A stretch of DNA of 64,000 bases, from positions 6,295-70,294 of the forward strand of contig CALKWZ010000073.1 of assembly GCA_938003985.1 (NCBI GenBank), given 5' to 3'. The position numbers and the translations under genes were made by a program. Within the stretch, counting starts at the first letter, position 1, and each line of letters begins with the position of its first letter. Positions 26,906-37,826 of this stretch are shown here, piece by piece. The notes beneath the pieces were generated by a model, which saw only the letters and a list, made by a program, of their open reading frames with translations, was not told the DNA's origin and ran no database searches. Origin of the DNA: an uncultured Verrucomicrobiota bacterium (GTDB lineage: Bacteria; Verrucomicrobiota; Kiritimatiellia; CAIQIC01; Lenti-01).

Positions 26906-29196
26906 GATGCCCTCGGCCTTTCTTCTTCTTCATCATCGCACGCGCCGCCGGCCGCGGCAAGCATGGGCCGCGCCGCGATCGCCGCCGCCGCCAGATTCAA
27001 CCCGGCCACCAATCCCAGCGTCGTTTGCGTGCCCAGGACCGGAATGGCCCACAACCCCGCCAGCAAAGCCGCCGCGCACGAGCCGGCCAGATCCACGGCA
27101 TAGACGATGCCGACGGAATGCCGGCCCGCCGGCCGCCCGGCCAGATAGATCCGGTTGGCGACGGGAAATTCGTAGCCCGCCAGGCCGCCCAGCATCGCGG
27201 CCCACGCCAAAAACGCGATTTGCAGGCCGGTCCCCGCTCCGGCGCCCGCCGTTTCGATCCCGCGCAGGAACGGAATCGCCGCCGCGCCGCCAACGGCCAC
27301 GAGCAAATGGATCGCCGCCAGCGTGCCCGGCCCGGCGCGCGCGAGGCGGCGCGTGGCCAGCGCCGCGCCCGCGGCCATGCCGGCCATCAGCGCGGCCAGG
27401 ATCCGCGCGAGCTTGTAGTAGAGAAAACCGCACTGGGCCTGGAACGCGATCAGCAGCGCGAGTTCCCCGGCCATGAGCGAGAAGCTGCCGAGGCCCATGC
27501 CCCACGCGCCGAGGCGCGGCGTCCGCCGGCCGCGCACGGAAAACGCCATGGCCAGCGCGACGGCGACCGCCGCGGCCGCGCCCCAGGGCCACGTCGTTTC
27601 GCCGAGGCGAGTCGCCGCGGCCGCCGCGCGCGGATGGAACGAGCGCAGCCAGTAGGCCAACTGGTACTGGCACGCGATCGGCCGGCCGTCGCGGTTGATC
27701 TGCGCGGCGGTCTGGGACTCGAACGCCGCGCGCACCTTTTCGATGCGGTCGGTTTCCAGCCGCAACCGGATCGCCGGCGGGATCGCGAAGTCGTTGTCCA
27801 ACCCGCGCTGCTCGTAGCGCGCGAGCCATTCGTCCGCGGCCGGCGGCGGCGCGGGTTCGGCCGTCGCCAAATAGAGGATCTCGTAGTCGGGCAGCAGCGC
27901 CACCGCCGCGAATTCCGCGCTCAACGTCCGGTAGATCGAAGCCCCCAGCCGTTCCAGTTCCGGGCCGAGATAGTCCGGCGCGAACGCCAAGCGCACCGCC
28001 AGCACCCCGCCCGGCGCCAGATGCCGGCGGACGTCGCGGAAGAATTCCCGGACGTAGTAGCGGTTGATCAGCGTCGTGGCCGGATTGGGCAGGTTGACGA
28101 GCACGACGTCGACGTTGCCCGGCGCCGCGCGTTTCAGGAAATGCCGGCCGTCGTCGAACGCGACGTGCACGCGCGGATCGGCCAGCGCCGCGCGGCGCGC
28201 GGCGCCGCCGTGTTTTTGCGCCAGCGCGATCCAGGCCGGATCGAGTTCGACGTAATCCACCCGTTCCGGCGCGTGCTTCAGGATCTCGCCCAGGACGCCG
28301 TTGAAGCCGCCGCCGATCAACAGGACGCGGCGCGGCGCCGGATGCGCGAGCAACGCCAGGTGGGCCAGGTTTTCGCTGGCCTGCGGCTCGTTTTCGGCCC
28401 CCAGCAGCAGCCCGTTTTCGTGGTAGTTGAGCTGGCGGTCCAGCGCCGTGACCGCCAGATGGCCGTAGATGGATTGCCGCGACTCCACGAGGACCTGCCC
28501 CGGAAAGCGCCAGGCCTCCAGCCGGCGGCCGATCCGCTCGCCGCGGAGCGCCGCGGGGGCCAGCGCCAGCAACGCCGCCACCAGCGCCAGGCGCAGCCCG
28601 ATGCCGCGCCGCCCGCCGACGGCGCACAAGACGTAGCCGGCCGCCACGTTCAGGAATCCCAGCCATCCCACCACCCGGACGGGATCGAGAACCACCCCAA
28701 TCCAACTGAAGAGCAGCCCGCCCAGCACGAAGCCGGCCGTTTCGAAGGCGTAGCCGCAACCCGCCGAACGGCCCGGCTCCGGCGAATGCCCGGCCTCCCA
28801 CGCGCGGACCCCGACGGCGAATTGCCGGCCCAACCCGAAACACAGCGGCGCCAGCGCAACGAACGAAAACGCCATGGCCGGCAACAAATCCGGCACGGCT
28901 CCCGGCAGCGTGCCCAGCAGGCTCCGGCTGGCCCGGATCAGCAAGAACACGGCGGGCAACGCCGCCGCCGCCCAGAGATGGGCCAGCGCCAATGAACGCG
29001 GCGCTTTCTCCGCCCGGCCGATCCGCCCCCCGAACCCGGCGCCCAGCGCGCTCCAGAACAGCCAGCCGAACAAGGTCCAGCCGATGAAAAACTCGTTGCC
29101 CGAAAAGACGAACGCCAACTCCCGCACCAGCAGCACCTGGCCGACCAGCGCGGAAACGCCCAGCGTCACGAACGATCCTGCCACGGCCCGGTTCAT
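26902..29196 (-). CDS. Fused polytopic membrane domain plus spermidine synthase-like (aminopropyltransferase fold) protein
   Basis: 764 aa. N-terminal about 250 aa are TM-rich. The central region carries VLLIGGGFNGVLGEILKH...VDYVELDP (SpeE-like SAM/dcSAM fold). A second TM block sits at the C-terminus. Confidence 0.7.
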   Translation of the reverse strand: MNRAVAGSFVTLGVSALVGQVLLVRELAFVFSGNEFFIGWTLFGWLFWSALGAGFGGRIGRAEKAPRSLALAHLWAAAALPAVFLLIRASRSLLGTLPGAVPDLLPAMAFSFVALAPLCFGLGRQFAVGVRAWEAGHSPEPGRSAGCGYAFETAGFVLGGLLFSWIGVVLDPVRVVGWLGFLNVAAGYVLCAVGGRRGIGLRLALVAALLALAPAALRGERIGRRLEAWRFPGQVLVESRQSIYGHLAVTALDRQLNYHENGLLLGAENEPQASENLAHLALLAHPAPRRVLLIGGGFNGVLGEILKHAPERVDYVELDPAWIALAQKHGGAARRAALADPRVHVAFDDGRHFLKRAAPGNVDVVLVNLPNPATTLINRYYVREFFRDVRRHLAPGGVLAVRLAFAPDYLGPELERLGASIYRTLSAEFAAVALLPDYEILYLATAEPAPPPAADEWLARYEQRGLDNDFAIPPAIRLRLETDRIEKVRAAFESQTAAQINRDGRPIACQYQLAYWLRSFHPRAAAAATRLGETTWPWGAAAAVAVALAMAFSVRGRRTPRLGAWGMGLGSFSLMAGELALLIAFQAQCGFLYYKLARILAALMAGMAAGAALATRRLARAGPGTLAAIHLLVAVGGAAAIPFLRGIETAGAGAGTGLQIAFLAWAAMLGGLAGYEFPVANRIYLAGRPAGRHSVGIVYAVDLAGSCAAALLAGLWAIPVLGTQTTLGLVAGLNLAAAAIAARPMLAAAGGACDDEEEERPRAS

Positions 29197-29324
29197 GGCA
29201 TCATCCTACCCCCGCCGCGGACGCAGGCCAACCCGAAACGAAACGGTTGACCAGAATCCCCTTTTTTCGGTCGCAGAGGCTTTAATCAAATCGTTATCTT
29301 CTTCCTTACCCCGCGAGGCATTCC

Positions 29325-32300
29325 ATGAATCACCATAACTCTCCACGCTCCCTTTTCCGCGCGCTTTTCGTCTATGCGTGGACGGTTTTCAGCGCCACCG
29401 GCGCTTGGGCCGCGGACATCCTCGCCGAGGATTTCGCCACGCTGACGGACACGGCCCTTCCCGCGGGCTGGACCAGCAGCAAGCCGTCCGACTTGGATTA
29501 CACGGGCGAACCCTTCGTTGGCGTCGCCGCGCCGGCGTTCAAATTTTCGGCCACCGGCAACACCCTCACCAGCCCCGCGTTCGCCACGGGCGCGGCCAGC
29601 GTCCAGTTCTGGGCCTACGGCAACGGCGGCGCCGGCAGCACGATCGCCGTCGAGGGTTTCTCCGGCGGATCCTGGGCGACGCTCGACTCCGTGTCCATCG
29701 CCCAGAACGACGGCACCTACACCGTGACCGTGCCGGCGGCGACCACCCAGTTGCGCTTCACCTTCACGAAAGTCGTCAATTGCGCTTTCGACGACGTCGT
29801 GGTCCAAGGCGCCGGCGAAGACCCCAACCTGTCCGCGCCGGCCACGCTGGTCTTCGGATCCCTCGCCCCCGGCACCGCGGCCACGCAGACGCTGGCCCTC
29901 GCGAACACCGGCGCGTCGAACGTCCTGAACCTGACTTCGTTCAGCCCCGCCAGCGGCGACACCGCGAAGTTTTCGGTCGGCGCCCTGCCCGCGTCGCTTG
30001 CGCCCGGCGTTTCGACGAACATCCGCGTGGTCTACACCCCCGGTGCCGTCACCGGCGTCGCGCATTCCGCAACCTTCAACCTGATTTCCAGCGATCCTTC
30101 CACGCCCACGAATCCGATCGTTTTCTCCGGTTCCACCGTCGGCGCGTCGCTCACCATCTCGAACATCCAATACAGCGTTTCCGGCGCTTCCCCCCAGGCC
30201 GGCAACCGCGTGACCATTTCCGGCATCGCCACCTATGCCGATCCCAGCGGCTACGCCCTCGCCGATGCCGGCGGCGGACCGTGGAGCGGCATCTACGTGA
30301 ACGACCTCTACCACCGGCCCAATCCCGGCGACCACGTCCGGCTCAACGCCCTCGTGCAGGAATCCAGCGGGCTGACCCAGCTGACCACCGTCTCGAACTA
30401 CGTCGTGCTCGCCACGAACCAGTCCGTGCCCGTGACGACCATCCGCGGCAACCAGCTCGCCACCGAGGCTTATGAAGGCGTGCTCGTCCGGATCACCAAT
30501 ACCGTCGTCCAAAACACCAATTACAGCGGCGGCAAAACCTATTGGCAGGTCTCCGACGGCTCCGCCAGTTTCCTCGTCGGCACCCGCGCGCCCTACCGCT
30601 ACGTCTGGACCAACAACGCCCGGCTGACCGCCATCCGGGGCCTGTCCTTCACCAACTTCATCTCGCCGCGCTTCGACGCCGATTTCGAAGGCCGCCCCGT
30701 TTTCGAATACGCCCTGCGCGGCCTCGTCATGACCCCCGAGGGCCCCCGCACCAACTGGACCGTCCACGTGCGCGACGACGAAATCCTCGCCGTCACCAAC
30801 GCCGCCATCCCCGGCGTCACCAACCTCGATACGGGCGGCATCATCTATCCCGGCCTCTTCGACGTCCACAACCACCCCGCCTACAACTCGTTTCCCACCC
30901 TCATGTTCAACAACTTCCCCTACGGCCACCGCGACGAATGGGGCGAGTCGGACAGCGAATACGACGCCTGGAAATCCGTGCGCACGTCCCTGCGCACCGC
31001 GGCCAGCGACAGCACCACGGACAGCATCACCAAATACGGCGAAATCCTCGAACTCATCGCCGGCTGCGTCGCCATCCAGGGCCAGAGCAATGCGGACACG
31101 GAACATACCCATCCCGACGTCCTCCTGTTCAACGTCGAGCAATTCCCCGCCCGGACCTGGAACGACATTTTCCCGTGGACCAGCACGGTGGCCGAGCGCA
31201 CCAACCTCCTCGCCAAAATCGAAGGCGGCGCCGTCAATGCCAGCATCATCCATTTGTGCGAAGGCACCGACACCGTCGCGCGCGCCCAGTTCGCCACCTG
31301 GCGCGATTGGGGCATGTTGAACGAAACCGTCGCCATCATCCACGGCGCCGCCCTGCAGGCCGCCGATTTCGCCCAGATGGGCGCCGTCGGCGCCAAGCTC
31401 ATCTGGTCGCCCATGTCGAACATGAAGCTCTATGCCGGCACCGCCAACGTCAAGGCCGCCAAGCAGGCCGGCGTGACCATCGCCATTTCCCCCGACTGGA
31501 CGCCCAGCGGCTGCTACAACATCCTCGAGGAACTCGGCTATGCCTGGCAATTGAACCAGACCGTCTTTTCGAACGCCTTCACGGCGCGCGAGATGACCGA
31601 CATGGTCACGATCAACGGCGCCAAATGCGCCGGTCTCGACCACCGCTACGGCAAGATCGCCGTCGGCTACAACGCCGGGCTCTGCGTGATCGAAGGCGAC
31701 GTCGCCGATCCCTACCTGTCCCTCATCCAGGCCCGCCCGCCCCAGGTCCTGCTGACCGTCGTGGACGGCACCCCCCGCTACGGCGAGCCCGCCCTCATGT
31801 CCGCTCTCGGCGTGGCGGGCGAAAGCGTCACCGTCAAGGGCCGGGCCAAGAAACTCAATATCGCCGTCGTCCATCCCTTCCTCGAATACAGCCAGCACAC
31901 CTTCGCCACCATCCGCACCAACCTGATCGCCGCCCACGGCACGCTCGCCCCCACCGGCGAGCTCGACCGCGACGAACTCCAGTTCCTCGACTTCGCCCTC
32001 CTCCAAGGCGGCCACGAAGACGACGTCCCGCCTTTCCGCGCCGACAGCCCCTTCTCGTCCGCCCCGTCCGCCACCGTCACCAACGACGTCGGCGGCAACC
32101 TGTCCCTCGCCTTCCGCTACCAGGATTTCTGGGACAACGACACGTTCATCACCAACCTGACCCACACCATCTTCATCGCCCCCGCGCGCTACTCGAACCT
32201 GTTCGTCCAGACCATCGCCACCAACCGCGCCAACACCCCCGCCAACCAGACCGTGCCGTTCACCGTCGGCTTCCGGGACATGCACACCAACTACGTCTTC

Positions 32301-32780
32301 GTCTTCGAAACCCGCGACGCCCAGGGCAACGTGCGCACCACCGTTGCGACCAACGTCTTCAAGGTCAAAACCTACACCGGCGGCGATACCGACGGCGACG
32401 GCCTGCCCAACGAGTGGGAAATCGCCTATTTCGGGGGCTTTTCCAACGCCAACCCCATCGCCAACCTCGACGGCGACTGGCTGAACAACCTCCAGGAATA
32501 CGTCGCCAACACCCTGCCGAACAGCTCCGGTTCCGCCTTGTCGGAAGACGTCCCGGAACCGATGCCGCTCGGCAACGACGTCTGGGAAATCCAGTCCCCC
32601 GTGCCCACGTTCACCAACCGCATCTACGACGTGTGGCGCACCACGAATTTGCTGGGCCAGATCGTCTGGACGCCGCTCAACCTCGGCCGCCCCGGCACCG
32701 CGGCCGGCACCGCCGTCGTTTTCCGCGTCACGAACGCCCTGGACGCCGCCACGTACCGCACCGGCGTCCGGATGCCCTGA
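29325..32780 (+). CDS. Large secreted protein with metal-dependent amidohydrolase domain and adhesin-like modules (1151 aa)
   Basis: Signal peptide MNHHNSPRSLFRALFVYAWTVFSATGAWA. N-terminal module AEDFATLTDTALPAGWTSS...DDVVVQG is homologous to a module in the giant protein. Amidohydrolase HxH motif GLFDVHNHP. TSP3-like GGDTDGDGLPNEWE and a C-terminal tail shared with the giant protein. Confidence 0.75.
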   Translation: MNHHNSPRSLFRALFVYAWTVFSATGAWAADILAEDFATLTDTALPAGWTSSKPSDLDYTGEPFVGVAAPAFKFSATGNTLTSPAFATGAASVQFWAYGNGGAGSTIAVEGFSGGSWATLDSVSIAQNDGTYTVTVPAATTQLRFTFTKVVNCAFDDVVVQGAGEDPNLSAPATLVFGSLAPGTAATQTLALANTGASNVLNLTSFSPASGDTAKFSVGALPASLAPGVSTNIRVVYTPGAVTGVAHSATFNLISSDPSTPTNPIVFSGSTVGASLTISNIQYSVSGASPQAGNRVTISGIATYADPSGYALADAGGGPWSGIYVNDLYHRPNPGDHVRLNALVQESSGLTQLTTVSNYVVLATNQSVPVTTIRGNQLATEAYEGVLVRITNTVVQNTNYSGGKTYWQVSDGSASFLVGTRAPYRYVWTNNARLTAIRGLSFTNFISPRFDADFEGRPVFEYALRGLVMTPEGPRTNWTVHVRDDEILAVTNAAIPGVTNLDTGGIIYPGLFDVHNHPAYNSFPTLMFNNFPYGHRDEWGESDSEYDAWKSVRTSLRTAASDSTTDSITKYGEILELIAGCVAIQGQSNADTEHTHPDVLLFNVEQFPARTWNDIFPWTSTVAERTNLLAKIEGGAVNASIIHLCEGTDTVARAQFATWRDWGMLNETVAIIHGAALQAADFAQMGAVGAKLIWSPMSNMKLYAGTANVKAAKQAGVTIAISPDWTPSGCYNILEELGYAWQLNQTVFSNAFTAREMTDMVTINGAKCAGLDHRYGKIAVGYNAGLCVIEGDVADPYLSLIQARPPQVLLTVVDGTPRYGEPALMSALGVAGESVTVKGRAKKLNIAVVHPFLEYSQHTFATIRTNLIAAHGTLAPTGELDRDELQFLDFALLQGGHEDDVPPFRADSPFSSAPSATVTNDVGGNLSLAFRYQDFWDNDTFITNLTHTIFIAPARYSNLFVQTIATNRANTPANQTVPFTVGFRDMHTNYVFVFETRDAQGNVRTTVATNVFKVKTYTGGDTDGDGLPNEWEIAYFGGFSNANPIANLDGDWLNNLQEYVANTLPNSSGSALSEDVPEPMPLGNDVWEIQSPVPTFTNRIYDVWRTTNLLGQIVWTPLNLGRPGTAAGTAVVFRVTNALDAATYRTGVRMP

Positions 32781-32831
32781 CCGCCGCCGAAAGGCTTTGA
32801 CGCCGGCGCCGGCCGCCGCGAGAATGGCCGC

Positions 32832-33593
32832 ATGAAACCCTGGTACGAAGCGCTGTTCGCGAACTACGCCCGGAAATACGACGCGGAGTCGTTCACCCAA
32901 GGCACCGCGGGCGAATGCGACTTCATCGAAACGGAAATCGGGGGCGACCGGTCCGTTCGGATTCTCGATATCGGCTGCGGCACCGGCCGGCATGCCATCG
33001 AACTGGCCGCCCGCGGCTATGCCGTCGTCGGCGTGGATCTGTCCACGGCGCAACTGGCCCGCGCCCGCGCCAAGGCCGCCGAGCGCGGCCTGACCGTCGA
33101 TTTCCGTCCGGCCGACGCCCGCGAACTGCCGTTCGCCGCGGAATTCGATCTGGCGCTCATGCTGTGCGAAGGCGCCTTCCCGCTGATGGAGACGGACGAC
33201 ATGAATTTCCGGATCCTGCAAGGCGCCGCCCGCGCCCTGCGCCCCGGCGGCAAGCTGATCTTCACCACCCTGAACGGCCTCTTCCCCTTGTTCCATTCGG
33301 TGAAGGATTTCCTGGACGCGGCGGCCCGGCCCGGCCAGGCCGCCACCCTCCGCAGCACCTTCGACCTGATGACCTTCCGCGACCGCAACGTCACCGCGAT
33401 CGAAGACGACGACGGCCATCGGACGGAATTGGCCTGCGACGAACGCTACTACGTCCCCTCCGAAATCGCCTGGCTGGTCAAAACGGCCGGTTTCGCCGCC
33501 CCGGAGATCTTCGGCGCCAGGTTGGGGGCCTACAGCCGCAACGATCCGCTGACGCCGGACGACTTCGAAATGCTGGTGATCGCCCGCAAATAG
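32832..33593 (+). CDS. Class I SAM-dependent methyltransferase
   Basis: Motif I ILDIGCGTGRHAIELA, motif II FDLALMLCEGAF, motif III LRPGGKLIFT. Confidence 0.85.
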   Translation: MKPWYEALFANYARKYDAESFTQGTAGECDFIETEIGGDRSVRILDIGCGTGRHAIELAARGYAVVGVDLSTAQLARARAKAAERGLTVDFRPADARELPFAAEFDLALMLCEGAFPLMETDDMNFRILQGAARALRPGGKLIFTTLNGLFPLFHSVKDFLDAAARPGQAATLRSTFDLMTFRDRNVTAIEDDDGHRTELACDERYYVPSEIAWLVKTAGFAAPEIFGARLGAYSRNDPLTPDDFEMLVIARK

Positions 33594-33623
33594 CCGGCGC
33601 TGCCGGAACCGGTCGCCGTCGAC

Positions 33624-34058
33624 CTACGCCTTGCGGGCAAGGAGCTGGGCCAGGATCCGCGCGAAGCGCGGGTCCTGCTTGATGGGCGCGAAGTCGTCGT
33701 CGTCCTGCATCCATTCGGCGTCGTCGTAGCCGAGGGCGACGGCCTTTTCCAGCGCGGCGAAGGCGGCCTCGGCCTGCCCGGTCAGCGACAGGCTGCAGGC
33801 GAGATTGTACCACGCGGTCGGCGACGCGGGATCCATCTGGACCATCTGGCGGTCGGCGGCCAGGCCGTCCTGGTAGCGGCCCATTTCGGTGTAGAGGCAG
33901 CCGAGGCTTTCCACCACCGCGGGATGGTCGGGCAGGCGCGCGCGCACGCCTTCGAGGAATTCCACCTCGAGCCGGCGCGCGCGTTCCTCCGCCGCCGCGC
34001 GGGCGGCGGCGGCTTCGGCGGATTCGCCGGGCGTTTCGTCTGGACGGGTCTCCCGCAT
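33624..34058 (-). CDS. TPR repeat protein
   Basis: WYNLACSLSLTGQAEAAFAALEKAVALGYDD and other TPR-like helices. Confidence 0.55.
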   Translation of the reverse strand: MRETRPDETPGESAEAAAARAAAEERARRLEVEFLEGVRARLPDHPAVVESLGCLYTEMGRYQDGLAADRQMVQMDPASPTAWYNLACSLSLTGQAEAAFAALEKAVALGYDDAEWMQDDDDFAPIKQDPRFARILAQLLARKA

Positions 34059-34068
34059 CGGCGGCCGG

Positions 34069-35373
<1,305 letters not shown>

Positions 35374-35489
35374 GGGTTTGTTCCCTTCCTGTTTTGGCTG
35401 GAAAGCAAAACACCTCGTCGCGCATGCGCGGCGGGGTGTTTGCGGGGAGCCTGGCCGGCTCCGCTGGGCGGCGCGAGTCTCCGCGCGCC

Positions 35490-35738
35490 CTACGCCTTCT
35501 TGGTGGCCTTGCCCGCCTTCTTGACCTTGCCGGCCTTGATGCAGGACGTGCACACCGTCAGCGTCTTCACCCCGCCGCCGACCTGCGCGCGCAGTTTCTG
35601 CAGGTTGGGTTTGAACACGCGTTTCGTGACGGCCGTCGTGTGCAACCCGATGCCGCCTTTCTTCTTGGCCAAGCCGTGGCGCACGATCCGCGACCCCGAG
35701 GCCGCACCTTTTCCGCAAATCTGGCATACTGTGGACAT
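35490..35738 (-). CDS. rpmB: 50S ribosomal protein L28
   Basis: MSTVCQICGKGAASGSRIVRHG...KRVFKPNLQK...LTVCTSCIKAGKV. Confidence 0.9.
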   Translation of the reverse strand: MSTVCQICGKGAASGSRIVRHGLAKKKGGIGLHTTAVTKRVFKPNLQKLRAQVGGGVKTLTVCTSCIKAGKVKKAGKATKKA

Positions 35739-35946
35739 TCTTCTCTCCTCGTAAAAAGTGCGCGAACTATAGCCCCCGCCCCCGCCCCGCGCAAGCGAAA
35801 AGCGCGCGCCTCCGGCACAAAGCCGCCCGCGGCCCGCGCGACCCCCGCCGCGGACCGCGCCGGCGGGCCCGCCGCGAGATTGACCCCGCCGCGGCCCGTG
35901 CCGTATGATGCGCGCGTTTTCCAGATCTATTGCAGCGAGGTTTCAG

Positions 35947-36687
35947 ATGGGTTTGCTTTTCATGGCCGGAAGCCTGCCGGTGGCGGGCGTCTTCTATTCC
36001 TTCCAGATTTCCGACAACGTCGGCAAGGGCATCGTGGTCTTCCTGATCCTCGCCTCCGTCTGGGTCTGGACCATCATGCTCGCCAAGCATCTCGAACTGC
36101 TGCGGGCGGAACGGGTCGATCGGGATTTCAGCCGCGCCTTCGATCGGCAGATCAATCCGCTGGAGATCTTCGTGCGCGGACCGGCCCATCCCAACAGCCC
36201 GATGGCCAAGGTGTACGCCGCGGCCTGCGTCGCCGTGAAACGCGAGTTCGAAGCCCAGGCCAGCAAGCAGAACCGGGCCCTGAGCCAGATCGACCTGTCG
36301 CAGGAGCGGCTGACGGCCCTCCAGATCGACGCGATCCGCAAGGTGGCCGAATGCGCCGCCGCCGACCAGATCCTGCTGCTGGAAGACCAGATGGCCTGGC
36401 TCGGTTCCGCCTACACGGTCGCGCCCATGCTGGGGCTCTTCGGCACCGTCTGGGGCGTCATGGTCGCGTTCGAGGCCATGGGCCAGCAGGGCGGCGCCGA
36501 CATCACGGCCGTGGCGCCCGGCATCGCCAGCGCCCTGCTGACCACCGTCGTCGGCCTGATCGTCGCCATCCCCTCCGCCATCGGCAACAACAAGCTCAAC
36601 GAGAAGATCCGGTTCCTCGGCATCCAGATGGAGAACTTCGCCGACAAGTTCGCCACGAGCCTCCAGCAAGCCTTCCTCTACGAATAA
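35947..36687 (+). CDS. exbB: MotA/TolQ/ExbB proton channel protein
   Basis: TM regions and LGLFGTVWGVMVAFEAM motif. GAGG SD 7 nt upstream. Confidence 0.8.
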   Translation: MGLLFMAGSLPVAGVFYSFQISDNVGKGIVVFLILASVWVWTIMLAKHLELLRAERVDRDFSRAFDRQINPLEIFVRGPAHPNSPMAKVYAAACVAVKREFEAQASKQNRALSQIDLSQERLTALQIDAIRKVAECAAADQILLLEDQMAWLGSAYTVAPMLGLFGTVWGVMVAFEAMGQQGGADITAVAPGIASALLTTVVGLIVAIPSAIGNNKLNEKIRFLGIQMENFADKFATSLQQAFLYE

Positions 36688-36696
36688 GGAGCCGCC

Positions 36697-37101
36697 GTGG
36701 CCCGCCGCACCGCCCTCAACCGCAGCCGGCTCATCAGCGAGCTCAACATGACGCCGCTGATCGACCTGACGTTCCTGCTGCTCATCACCTTCATGATCAC
36801 GATCCCGCTCGTCGAGCAGGGCATCCGCGTCCGCTTGCCGAAGGGCAAAACCAGCGAGCTGGACACGGCGCGCACGTTCTCCATCGCGCTCAACGACAAG
36901 GCCGAGCTGTTCTTCGACAATCTGCCCACCACGCCGGAACTGCTGGCGAACGACCTGAAAGCCAAGGCCGAGGCCGATCCGGACGTGACCATCCTCGTGC
37001 GCGCCGACGAGGCGATTCCCTACGGCAAGGTGGTCGCCGTCCTGCGCCTGATGCACGAGGCGAACATCACCCGCATGGCGCTCGTCACCGATCCCCGGTA
37101 G
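36697..37101 (+). CDS. exbD: Biopolymer transport protein ExbD/TolR
   Basis: GTG start with AAGGAG SD. MTPLIDLTFLLLITFM. Confidence 0.85.
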   Translation: MARRTALNRSRLISELNMTPLIDLTFLLLITFMITIPLVEQGIRVRLPKGKTSELDTARTFSIALNDKAELFFDNLPTTPELLANDLKAKAEADPDVTILVRADEAIPYGKVVAVLRLMHEANITRMALVTDPR

Positions 37102-37104
37102 GCC

Positions 37105-37806
37105 ATGACGCGGGACTTCCAGCGCGCCGGCTTGCGGGTCAGCCTCGTTCTCCACGGCATCGCGCTGGTCCTGATGCTCGTCTTGCCGTGGATCCTTCGC
37201 GCCTGCGAGCGCCGCCGGCCCAACGAGAAGCTGATGTTCGTCGAATTCACCGTTTCCGTCCCCCCGCCGCCCGCGCCGGAAGCGCCGTCCCCCGAACCGC
37301 CCAAGCCCGAACCCAAGGACGACATTCCGGTGCCCGACCAAGTCGCAAAGAAGCCGGAACCGGAAAAGCCCAAGGATATCCGCCAGACCAACCGCATCGT
37401 CCGCAAGGATTTCCCCCCGGCGCCGAAACCCAAGGACAAGCCGCTGTCCGAGGCCGAAATCGCCCGCCTGCTCAAGATGGGCGCGCGCATCGGCGACACC
37501 ACGTCGATTCCCGATGCCGGCCAGCTTGCGCTCGGGGCCTACTACAACCACGTCCACGAGCGCATGTACGCCGTCTGGCAGCAACCGGCGCAGCTGAAAT
37601 CCCTGCCGGGCCTCAGCGCCGAAGTGCGCATCACCGTCGCGCCCGATGGCCGCATCTCGGACCGCGCCAAGATCCGCGGATCCGGCAATGAACTCATGGA
37701 CGACTCCGTCATGAAAGCCGTGAATTCCGTCAAGGCGCTGCGGGCGCTGCCGCTCGGGCACAAGAAACCCGTGGACATCCACGTCGTCTTCGAAATCGGC
37801 GATTAG
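37105..37806 (+). CDS. tonB: TonB family protein
   Basis: N-terminal TM, Pro-rich spacer (PPPPAPEAPSPEPPKPEPK), C-terminal TonB domain. Confidence 0.7.
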   Translation: MTRDFQRAGLRVSLVLHGIALVLMLVLPWILRACERRRPNEKLMFVEFTVSVPPPPAPEAPSPEPPKPEPKDDIPVPDQVAKKPEPEKPKDIRQTNRIVRKDFPPAPKPKDKPLSEAEIARLLKMGARIGDTTSIPDAGQLALGAYYNHVHERMYAVWQQPAQLKSLPGLSAEVRITVAPDGRISDRAKIRGSGNELMDDSVMKAVNSVKALRALPLGHKKPVDIHVVFEIGD

Positions 37807-37826
37807 CCCGCCCCCCCCCGCCGGCG

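Noticed and set aside
33594-33623. Small hairpin CCGGC-gct-GCCGG between the methyltransferase and the TPR gene, as a possible terminator
   Set aside because: The stem is only 5 bp with no T-tract.
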